This document shows positions 27,501 to 39,500 of a DNA stretch of 60,000 bases, piece after piece. The notes beneath the pieces are model-generated. The model saw only the letters and a program-made list of their open reading frames with translations. It was not told where the DNA came from and did not search any database. This DNA comes from Mobula hypostoma (taxonomy: Eukaryota), in the NCBI RefSeq assembly GCF_963921235.1, contig NC_086109.1, forward strand, positions 23,004,001 to 23,064,000. The letters run 5' to 3'. Both the position numbers and the translations under genes were made by a program. Every line of letters starts with the position of its first letter. The first letter of the stretch is position 1.

Positions 27501-30500
27501 AGACACTCAGCAGGTTCAAGCCCGGTTAGCACTTGTACAGTGAACAAACACAAGAATGAAAGAAAAAGCCAGAGTAGGCCATTTGACCCTTCATGCCTCC
27601 TCTGCATTCAGCAAGATTAGGTCTGATCTTTTACCTATGTCACTTTTCTGTACTGACCCCATGTCTTGATTCACTCAACATCCAAAAAAAATTTAGAGTC
27701 ACAGATTATTGCAGCACAGAACCAGGCCATGCAATCCATCTAGTTCATGCCAATCCGATCTGTCTCATATCCACCTGCACCCGGACCATATCCCTCCAAT
27801 TCATAGACCTATTCAAACTTCTCTTAAGTTTTACAATTTAACCCACATCCATCACTTCTGCTGGCAGCTTGCTCCACAGTTGTGCCACCCCTCAAGTGAA
27901 GAATATTCCTCTCACGGTCCCCTTAAATATTGTATCTTTCATCCTAAACCAATGACCTCTAGTTCTAGACTTACCCAACCCGAGGGGAAAACGCCTAATA
28001 TAAAAATCACTAGGAAAGAGAGACATCTGTGATGGAGATGCATCGATTATCCTCACTTATATATTCAAGCACTCAGGACAGGCACCACACAGATCAGACA
28101 CTATAAACGGTCCTCTATACCCTTGATGAGGTACAGCATAGGTCAGGTACAGATTAAACCTCCATCTCAATGGCGTGCTCCTTGGGCATTAACTATCAAA
28201 CAGCAAGTCACTGAGGATCGGATTCATTTGGAACGTCTGCCTCCCTTTTGAGATTACATTCATGACGCACTCCCAATCCAGGGACAACTGGGCATGTCTA
28301 TGACTAGTGGACACTGCAGGGAGTGGAATGCGTCCTTGGTACGAGATAACTTTTGCCTTTGATTTAAGGTTTTATTTTGATTAAGAAAAAAAAATACCAA
28401 TATTACAAGGGAGATGTAGAATTAGGTTAAATACAGAGCAAAGGCCTTGTTAAATAGTCCCTTCAATTACAATGCACTGGAGTTTATCATGTTTGCAGTG
28501 AACAAAACTTTTTTTTAGTTGAAATTATTTTCAGAGTACAACTCTGGGGCTGGGATAAAAACCGAAGAAAAGAAAAATTAAGTGCCCCAGAGATAGACTT
28601 CGCCAAAAGGATGCGCCCAGCGATGGCCCTCAACTACAGGATATTCTAGGGATAGACCTCATCTACAGGTTATGCCCAGGGATGGACTTCTTCTAAAGTG
28701 AATATCCAGAGATGAACCTCACCCATCGGATATAGCAAGGATGGACCACCTACAGGGAATGTCCAGTGGACTTCCAGACATCCCACCCTGCAAAAACTCA
28801 TTTCAGGGAGGTAGCACCCCATCCCCCGCAACCCCATATCCCCCTCCCCCTGTCGATCTCCAAGGGTGTATGTAATACTTTGTTTAGTGATTTTGTCTAA
28901 CCTGTAAACCAAGTTGGGTATATGCAGCAAATGTGACATTAAAATATGTACTTATATATTATCATGTTTATTCTATTACAACTTTAAGCAAGTCTACAGG
29001 GAGTTTGGCCTCATCACATAGGACATCAATAGTGTAGCTCCTTGGCAGCTAGCTTAAATCAGGGGTCCCCAACCTTTTTTGCACCGCGGACCATGTAGTG
29101 ATAAATCAATTATAACAGTGGTCCCAAACCCCCGGGCCGCGAAGAATGCAGCAGTACAGCGGTAGCCAGAACGCACCCAGCACATCTTTAAGAAAAAAGC
29201 CCAAATAATCAAGCTAATTGATTAGGTGCCGCCCAGCACGTAAATGTCGGCCCAGATCAGAGACGATGCAATCGGCAATCGCCTCTGATCTGGGCCAACG
29301 TTTACGTGCTGGGCGGCACCTAATTAATTAGTTTGTTTATTTCGGCTTTTTTCTTAAAGATGTGCTGGCTGCATTCCGGCAACCGCTGCATTCTTCGCGG
29401 CCCGGAGGTTGGGGAGCACTGAATTATAAGTCACTTATAAATCAATAGCATCATAACATTTTAAGTAACGCTTGGATATTAAACACACGGCGCATATTTT
29501 CCTCATATGAACATATAAAATCATTGCAACACACCAATATCGCTGAATCAGTGAGAGCCCTAGGCTTGTTTTCCTGCAACAACATGGTCCTATCGAGGGG
29601 TGATGGGAGACAGCGATACTCGAAGGGGGTTCCTTATGTCCAGTCTATTCCACAATTTAGTTTTCGTTGCATTCATTGCAGAAAACTCTGCTTCGCAGAA
29701 ATATGTTGGAAATGGAAGCAATGTTTTTAGTGCTTTCGTGGCTATCTCAGAATATTCAGCCTTGACTTTGATCCAGAATGCCGGCAGAGATGTTATGTCA
29801 AACATACTTTTCAGCCCACCGTCATTTGCAAGCTCAAGTTGATCTTTTTCCCGTGCTGACATGGATGATTCACTGGGGACATTCACAAATGAGTCACGGA
29901 CCCATTCCTTTGCACTTCGAGTCACTGATGACCTCGCGTGCGTTAAAATTCAACAGTGCGTGACAGGGAATGAGGAAAGGTGCAGCTGACTCATATCATT
30001 TCATATCACCAAATCATATTGTTTCCTCGCGGCCCGGTGGTTGGGGACCACTCTTAGCACAAAGAGAGACCAATCAGGATGCTCGCTCTCCCTCTCAAAA
30101 AAATCTATTTCCCAGATTTTGTATATAATTTCCGGGTGTTAGGGAGCCACTATCGATATGTGGGAGACTCCCGGAACTTCCAGGAGAGGTGGGATGCCTG
30201 GACTTCGCACATAGGGTACTCCAAGCACGGAACTCTCCAGAAGGATATCCTAAAGATGGACCCCAGCACCAGGATATCCCAGGGATGGATTTCATCTACA
30301 GGAAATGTCCAGAGGTGGATCTCACATACAGGTTTTCCCCAGGCATGAATCTCATCTACACAGAATGCCAAGGGATGGATCTCATCTACAGCACAAGCCC
30401 AGACACAAAACCAGCAGCTGAATTCAGATTTTCAAACCAGCACAGGATTTGCTACGCTTTTACAGCCTGGCTCCCCCAACTTGGAATAGATCCAAATGTT

Positions 30501-33500
30501 ATGCTGAAAAGTTGTACGAGATGTTAATGAGGCCAAATTTGGAGTATGTGTACAGCTCTGGCCACCTACCACCAGGAAAGGTACCAATAATATTGAAAGA
30601 GTACAGAGAAAATTTACAAGGATGTTGCTGGGACACCTGGGTTATAGGGAAAGGTTGATAAGTTTGGAATTTATTCCCTGGAGCATAGGGGAACAAGGGG
30701 AGATTTGACAGAGCTATACAGGGCAATTGTAAGAAGGCAGGCACTTCCCAGTCTCTTCCCAGCCAGCAGGAGTCACCTGCCACCTGTTTCCAACTCTTCG
30801 CCTGCAGCCTATTTAAACCCAGCTCTCATCCACAGACTTTGTTCATCCATCCAACCAGCTAGCCTCAACCAGTTGCTCCTAGCCTTCTGTTACCTTAAGT
30901 ATCCAATCTCCTGTTTTGTAGACACTCGCAGCTTGTTATGTTGCAGTTTATTTGTTTGTATTAAAATGATCGCTCACTGCTAAATCATCTCCACTGCTTT
31001 GCGTTTTGGGTTAAGCCTCCTCTACGCTTTCTGACAAGCAGGTCTCTTCCACTGGGGTTGGGTGAAACAGGAAACATTGGTCTAGCCAAGAGTGAAAAAT
31101 GAAATATTCAGGGAAGCTTGTGGGGAAATTCCATTCCTCAGCGGGTGTTGCAAGTGTGGACCAAACTGGCAGAAGTGGTGGAACGGGATTGGACTGTAAC
31201 GTTTAATGAAGCATTGATAGGAGGAGTCTGGAGGAATTTGGTCCAAGTGCAGATCAAAGGGACTTAGAATAACAGTTTGGCATGGACTAGTTATGCCGAA
31301 GAGCTTGTTTCTGAACTGTAGTGTTCTATGACTGTCTCTACTGTGCTCTCATACAAAGCCATTTCATCCGGGCTAGAGTTTAGTTTCAGTTCCCTCTAAT
31401 GAAACACCAGAAACTAAACCACTACCTCCCATCCTCACCAATGCCCTCAATCTGCCCAAATCCTTACCACCCTCTATAATAGATCACTCATTACCTTTGC
31501 AAGATTTGCATCACTAATCAAGTCAAACTTTGGTGGAAAGGTTGGCACCTCGGCTGTGAAGAGAGAATCAGAATCAGGTTTATTATCACTGGCATGTGAT
31601 GTGAAGTCTGTTAATTTAGCAGCAGCAGTTCAATGCAATACATAATCTAGCAGAGAGGGAAAAAAAATAAAACATAATAAACAAGTAAATCAATTACAAA
31701 TGTTGAATAGATATAAAAATGTGCAAAAACAGAAATACTATATATTAAAAAAAGTGAGGTAGTGTCCAAAGCTTCAGTGTCTATTTAGGAATCGGATGGC
31801 CGAGGGGAAGCTGTTCCCGAATCGCTGTGTGTGCCTTCAGGCTTCTGCATCTCCTACCTGATGGTAACAGTGAGAAAAGGTCACACCCTGGGTGCTGGAG
31901 GTCATTAATAATAAACACTGCTTTTCTGAGACACCGCTCCCTAAAGATGTCCTGGGTACTTTGTAGGCTAGTACCCAAGATAGAGCTGACTAGATTTATA
32001 ACCTTCTGCAGCTTCTTTTGGTCCTGCGCAGTAGCCTCTCCATACCAGACAGTGATGCAGCCTGTCAGAATGCTCTCCAGGTACAACTATAAAAGTTTTT
32101 GAGCGTATTTTTTGACATGCCAAACCTCTTCAAACTCCTAATAAAGTATAGCTGCTGTCTTGCCTTCTTTATAACTACATTGATATGTTGGGACCAGGTT
32201 AGATCCTCAGAGATCTTGACACCCGGGAACTTGAAGCTGCTCACTCTCTCCACTTCTGATCCCTCTATGAGGATTGGTATGTGCTCCTTCGTCTTACCCT
32301 TCCTGAAGTCCACAACCAGCTCTTTCGTCTTACTGACATTGTGTGCCAGGTTGTTGCTGTGGCACCACTCCACTAGATGAAAAATTAAGGTTCAGAGATC
32401 TGTGACAGCCTTCTGCAAAGTCACTTTCATTTACATTACACATTAGGTGAAGAACTTTCACATTTTGTACAAATTCAAATTGCAAAATTTTGCCTCCCCA
32501 ATCATGGATAGTCTTTTGAGTGCTTCAAATTATTGCTTGTGAATATTTTAAAGAGCAATTATTTGATATTAGAAACATTACCTAGCCAACTAATAAAAGA
32601 TTCTGCTTCTACTGTTCTTTGAGAAAGTGTGTTTCAAAGACTTAAGACCCAAGAGAGAAAAAAAAAATTGCCTCACTTTTCCCTTAAATTGACCCCACTT
32701 TAATCAGTGACCTTTAATTCCTCTGCACATGCATCATGTCACCACCATTTAGGATTCTACTTCCTTCAATCGCGTTCACTCTCAGTCTTCCAAATTCCAG
32801 TGATTAAAAACACAGTGTGCTCAACATTTCCTCACAAGACAACTCACCTTTTCCAGGAATTCATCTTGTAAAAGTTCAATGAAATATATTACCATTTCCT
32901 CTTAACTAAGGAGATGAATTTAGTATATAGAATTCTATAATGTCTGTTATAAATGCAGTGCAACTCCCTACCTTTGTATATAATTTGCCTGGTAGTAAAC
33001 AATAGTCAGTAAGGGATGTTGCAGTAGTATAAAATGTTGGTTTGGCCATATTGTGCGCAGTCCTGGTCACCCCATTGCAGAAAGAACGTAAGTGGTTTGG
33101 CGAGGATTCAGAAGAGGTTTACCAGGATGCTGCCTCGATTACAGGCTATTAGCTGTGAGGAAAAACTGGACAGTTCTGGAGTGCTTTCCCTGCAGCACGA
33201 AGGGCAGAGTCTACAGAATTACAAGAGGCATAGATAGGGCAGACAGCCAGAATCTTTCTCCCTGGGTAGAAAGGTCAAATGCTAGCAAGCGTAGCTTTAA
33301 AATGAGAGGGGATGTGAGAATTTATTAATTTATTTTAACAGTTCCTGGAATGCACTGTGAGGGGTGGTAGTGAAGATAGTGGCATTCAGGCAGCTTTTAA
33401 AATAGGCACAAGAATATGCAGAGAATGGAGGGATATAGATGACGTGCAGTGAAAAGGGTTAGTTTAATTTGGCACCATGCTTGGTACCGGGGTTCCCAAC

Positions 33501-36500
33501 CTTTTTTTAATGTCGTGGACCAACACCATTGAGGGGTCCATTGTCCCCAGGTTGGAAATCCCTGCTAATTGCAGATATCATGGGCCAGAGGACCTTCTCA
33601 AATGTTGTATTGTTCTAGGTCAGGATTCCAAACTTTTAAAAAAAAAAGTCATGGACGAACACCATTTTGTGTCTGTGAACCCAAGACTGGGAACCCCTAT
33701 GTTAATTCTGATGGCTTTTGCACAAACCTGCTGCACCCATAAACTACTTTTGCAAATTATGCAATGTTACTTACCCACTTCCTTTGCTGGGATTGAGGTG
33801 GGCAAGAGGCTGCCACCAACTCCCCCCCCCCCCACTCCCCAAGGGCACAGCGTAAAAGTATGATGGCGACCCTTGTTGTAATCAGTTCTGAAGCAAAGGA
33901 GAATCAGTCATGAGTGCGCGAGGGCCAGGCACGTGACCACTCCAAACACAAGTAATCACTGAACTGTGCATTATCTGCCACCAGGCAGGCGGGCGGGCGG
34001 GCGCACACACACACACAGACAAACTCAGAAGCTCTGAAGGCTTGTCAAAGATCACCATGTTGCAGCCCCAATTTACAGGCAAGTGTCAGGCCCTTGTTAA
34101 ATTGGATGATTCAGCTCATTTTTCCATTCTATTAGTCTTCCATTCAGGGAGATCTGTACTGTCAGAGCATTAGCAAAGGAGTGCCTCATTGTCCTTTGGA
34201 CTCATCTATCGTCCACTACTTCTGCTTAACAAATACATGGGAGTAGAGTCAACTTGAAGCAGGCTGATCTTTGAGTCTGCACTGACCACCAAGCCCCAAT
34301 TGACATTAATCTGACACTGATCCCATAATCCTTCCCTCATTCTCATCACTTCTCTTGGGTTCTGTTACTCACCTGCTCACTATGGGCGATTCACAACAAC
34401 CAACCCACATGGCTTTGCAAGTCCTTTGAAGGTTGCACATGAACGTCACAGTATATACCACATACGGACAGGGAGAAGCGAACTAAAGTAACAAAATGGT
34501 GGCATCCTACATTCTTCCATTCACACTGCAGGGAAGGGCTGACCAGGGGAACTTATTAAATCTAATTGGTATAATAAAAAAAATATGAATGTTGACATCT
34601 GCACAAAACGAATCAAGAACCCTACATTCAAACAGACCACTTACGCTCTTTGTATACGATTCCAATGGGTGCCTTCTGCTCCTTGCTCACCAGAATGATT
34701 GGCCTCTCCTCTGTTGTTCTTGGTACCAAGTTCACCTGCTGGACCAAGTCCAGCTCCAAGCAATGCCCTTCATGAATAAACTCCTGATCGGGAGCTGGTA
34801 TGTCAGTCTGTCTAAAAATGGCATCCTTCAATATATTGATTCTGGGAAAATAAAAAGCGGCAGCAACAATTTGATGCTGAGACGATGATTGATCCAACAG
34901 CAACCATCCAACTCTCTATACCCTCATGAATATCGATTTCTCCTTCCAATAAACTAATCTCCACCCCCACCCCTCTATTCCCCACTCTGACCTTTTACCT
35001 CTTCTTGCCTGCCTATCACTTACCCCTGGGTCCACTCTTCTATCAGATTCTTTCTCCAGCTCTTGACCTTTCTCACCCACCTGTCACCTTCCAGCTAGCT
35101 TCACCTGTCACCTTCCAGCTAGCCTCCTTCCCCTCCCCTCATTTTTATTCCGACATCTTCCCCCTTCCTTCTCAGTCCTGAAGAAGGGTCTCGACCTGAA
35201 ACACTGACTATCTATTCATCTCCATAGATGTTGCCTGACCTGCTGAGTTCCTTCTGCATTTTGTGCATGCTGCTTTGGTCTTTTTATTGCTTGCTTTCTC
35301 TTTTCCAGTGAATTTTATTTGTTTGGTGGCTCCGCTTATGAACAGGATTGCTGCAGTGACATTCTGCCATTCAAGCAAAATTAAAACATTAAAAGAAGAA
35401 AAATCTTAAAAAGGTGGAGTGTCATCATTAACACCTCACAGTTGCACTGTAAGAGAGATGACAATGAGCACGCCAGACTGTCAGACCACTGATGGGGCTG
35501 CACAATCTCCAGTGGCAGGAGATACAGAAAGAGCCTGTTTAATCTCACAGGATCAGGGTTGATAAACTGGAGGTGGGGACAACAGCAGAGACGGAGCAGC
35601 AGAGAAGCAGAACCACAATTGGTTGTCAGGCCAGGCAATTCCACATACCCAGCAACCCGCGAGATAAAGTCAAAGTTTAAAGTAAATTAATCGTCAAAAT
35701 ATGCAAGCCACCTTATACTACTGAGATTCATTTCTTGCAGGTGTTCATAGCAGAACAAAGAAACATAAGAGAGACAGACAGAGAACACGAGTTGTAGAGT
35801 CCTTGAAAGTGAGTCCAGAGGTTGTGGAATCATTTCAGTGATGAGGTGAGTGAAGTTATCCATGATGGTTCAGGAGCCTTTTGGTTGAAGGGTAATAAAC
35901 GTTCTTGAACCTGGTGGTGTGGTGACATCAGACTCCTCTACCTCCTAAGTGAGGAGATTGTTAATGGTGAGAAGGATAGTCTTAGGTTACTCAACGATAT
36001 TGATCAGCTAGTAAATCAGATTTCTTCAAGGTTCCCATCTATCTTTTCTGCCACCTTCGTGGATCAAAGTCTGTGTTCCTTCTTGCCCCTTGGGCTCTGC
36101 TATTCATGGTCGATGCTCTGCCTTTATTACACTTCACTATGTGTATTACATTATTACACTTACTGGGATTAAACTTTATCGATCAATTATTAGTTTTACT
36201 ATACCTCTGATCCCAAATGAGCTTTACCAGTCCTGTTGGTGCATATGCAACTATTCATTGCAAGCTTAATAAATCAGTCAGTTGACATTACTTTGCAAGA
36301 AGGGGTGGCAAAGTGAAGCATAACTCTATAGTACCAGCAACCCGAGTTCAATTCCTGCCACTGCTTTAAGGAGTTTGTATGTTCTCCCCGTGACCGTGTG
36401 GATTTCCTTTGGGTAATCCGGATTCCTCCCACAGTGCAAAGATGTACTGGCTGGTTAACTGGTTATTGTAAATTGTCCCACGATTAGGCAAGGGTTAAAT

Positions 36501-39500
36501 TGGGGAATGGCTGAGCAGTGCAACTCAAAAAGCCAGAAGGGACTGTTCTGTACTGTACTTCAAGGAATAAATAGTTAAATAAATAATGCACTTCCTTTCC
36601 ACAGGGGTTTCTCCAGAGGCTAAACACATTCTATGATGAGCTAGCCAAGTATTGATTAGGGCAGGGGTCCCCAACCTTTTTTGCACCGCAGACCGGTTTA
36701 ATATTGACAATATTCTTGCGGACCAGCCGGCGGGCGGGGCCGAGGTGTTCGAGTAGGGTTGCCAACTTTCTCACTCCCAAATAAGGGACAAAAGTAGCAG
36801 TCAAATACGGGACACTTGTGTTTACCCTGAGAAAGACTACCATGACCATGAAGCCTTGCGCGGGCACCTGTGTGCGCATGCGTGTACGTGCCGATTTTTT
36901 TTCCTACAAATCGGTTTTGGCTAATCTTCCCGATTCTGTCAAGTGAAACTACACTGTACATACATTGTTTCTACTTTATATAGGCTGTGTATTTATCATA
37001 TCATTCCTGCTTTTAACTATATGTTCGTGTTATTTTAGGTCTTACGTGTTATTTGGTATGACTTGGTAGGTTTTTTTTTGGGTCTGGGAAAGCTCAAAAA
37101 TTTTTCCCATATAAATTAATGGTAATTGCTTCTTCGCTTTACGGCATTTCGGCTTACTAACGGTTTCATAGGAACGCTCTACCCTAGCGGGGGAAATATG
37201 GGACAAGAGCGGTCCCGTATAGGACAAACCAATTTAGCCCAATATACGAGATGTCCCAGCTAATACGGGACAGTTGGCAACCCTACGTTCAAGTTCAACA
37301 GTGCGTGACAGGGAATGAGGAAAAGTGCAGCTGACTCATATCGTTTCCTCGCGGCCCAGTAGCACATGCTTTGTGGCCCAGTGGTTGGGGACCACTGGAT
37401 TAGGGAATGTATCCGTTACATTAGATCTGCTCTGGACATCAACACAGACTACTGTATTTACCTGAAACTGTCAGCTCTCGTCTCCTAGTGACTGGGAGTA
37501 CATTGACAGGTCCATTGCTGCCTAAGGTGAACTAGTTTCACGAAGGGATACTCGAAGCAGGTCAGGAAATACAATCAACAATCAGAACAAAGTGCAGTCA
37601 TCTCACCATTGGACCCAGAAAGGACTGTCATCAATCAAACTGGGCAAAGCACCGACAAGGCAACTAGATCTGTCCTCACCAACGGGCTAACCTTTGCTCC
37701 GGTCCCCAGAGCTACATCTCTGCCATTGTAGTCCTGATGAGTAGAGCATGCAATCTGAAAACTACCACCGGATACCACAGAGGTCTGCGTGGCCCTAAGA
37801 GCCAAAACTGAATATTACAAAATGAGAGCAAATGGCCCTCCAGGCAATACGACAAAACCCAGCCATCATGGTTTTACCAACAGATAAAGGAAATGCAACG
37901 GTCCTAGTGTCCTGCAAGTAAGACCACAGGAAAATCCAACACTTCCTGGTTGATCCCACCTACAGAGTTCTACAGCGGAATCCCATGGATTCGATTGTCA
38001 GGATGACCTCCGCTTTACTGAAGAAATCTGGACTCCCAGCAGACATCCGCAAGACCCTTTCACCTCAAGCGCCAGTACCACCAAGACCGTACAGGCTCTC
38101 TAAGATACAGAAGGAGGGTCCCTCCGAGACCCATTGTTGATGGGATAGATTTGCTGACTTACTACCTCGCTAAGCATTTAATGACCATGCCGTTTCCCTT
38201 CGTTGGGAGCTGAGAGCATCGCATCACGAATTCGACCAGCTTCATTAAAACAATAACCAACATCCAGCTAAATCCGGAGGACATAACGGTCAGTTTTAAC
38301 GGGGTGTCCCTGTTCATGAGAGTTCCCATTAAGGACAGCTTGGATCTCTTGCAGCCAAGGTATGACAAGGGTAAGGCTGGCCTTTTTGAACACACCTTTA
38401 CATCGGCATACTTCCTCTACAAGGGGAACTACTAGAAACAAATGGACGGGGTGGCCATGGAGTTCCCTTTGCTGCCGACTATTGCTAATTACTACATGGA
38501 GGACTTTGAGGAGAGGGCTCTGAGTTTGTCGCCCTTATGTTGCAAATATTTCTTCAGATATGTTGATGACACCTTTGTGGTGTGGCCAGATGGATTCCAG
38601 GCACTCCAACAGTTCCACAATTATCAGCATACCCCCAAACATTCAATTTACCATGGAGATGGAGAAGAATAGTTGCCTCCCACCCCTGGGCATTCTAATA
38701 CGACGGAAACTGGACAGTAGCCTTGAACATGGTGTCTATCGGAAAGCTACTCACACGGACTTATACCTCTACAGTAACAGCTACCATCATGCCTCCCAAA
38801 GTAGGGTGGTTCTTTGTACTTCGATTAACCATGTGAAAGTATTTCAGACCCAGAGAGTCTCCCCCAGAAAATATGGTTATATACGATGTTTCTACAGAGT
38901 GGCTGCAAGGTGAAGGAAATCAATCAGGCCCTTAAAAAGGGCTGACAGAAAAACCAGGAATTCTAACAATGAGGAAGAACCCATTGCTACTGCCTGCCTT
39001 CCCTATATTTCCATGGTTTCAGGAAGGATTGCCAGGATCCTGAAGAAATGCCGGAGTGATACTATCCACAAACCCATTAGGAAGCTCAAGTCACAGCAGG
39101 TCAACAACGACCTGGAACTCAGGTTGGCTGGCATTTACAGGACTCTCTGTGAATGCAGAGTAGTGTATATTGGCCAGACGGGACGCATGGTAGAAACCCG
39201 CATCAGGGAGCACGGGAGGTGTATCCGTTTGGGTTACCTGGAGAAATCGACAGTAACAAAACACTGCATTCGCAATGGCCACAAGATTGGCTTCAATGGC
39301 ACAATTGTGCTGTGCCAATGGTTTTTGGGACCACCTGGTAGAGGAAGCCATTGAAATAAAACTGGGGGGGCGGGGGAAAGAAAAGAAAAAAAGAATTTAA
39401 ACAAAGACGAAGGTCTCGCTTCAAGTACAAACTGGAATTCGATTGAAAACCAGGTGGGAGAGTGGAACCCTGATTGGATGAGGACTAACCAATCAGGAGG

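Larger units (their letters stand above)
28775..30200. mobile_element. Non-autonomous TIR element, outer layer of the nest
   Basis: TIRs CAGACATCCCACC / GGTGGGATGCCTG; flanking direct repeat GACTTC. Confidence 0.7.
28590..30400. repeat. Degenerate ~29-30-bp tandem array (GGGATGGAYCTCATCTACAGG...) split by nested transposons
   Basis: Units visible at 28590-28774 and 30201-30400. Confidence 0.7.

Noticed and set aside
29590..29925. ZBED/SCAND3-like domesticated gene
   Set aside because: Only a C-terminal fragment, inside TIRs of a deleted hAT element.
28590..30400. ~30-bp periodic repeats resembling a CRISPR array
   Set aside because: Units are head-to-tail and degenerate with no unique spacers; eukaryotic intron context and no cas genes.
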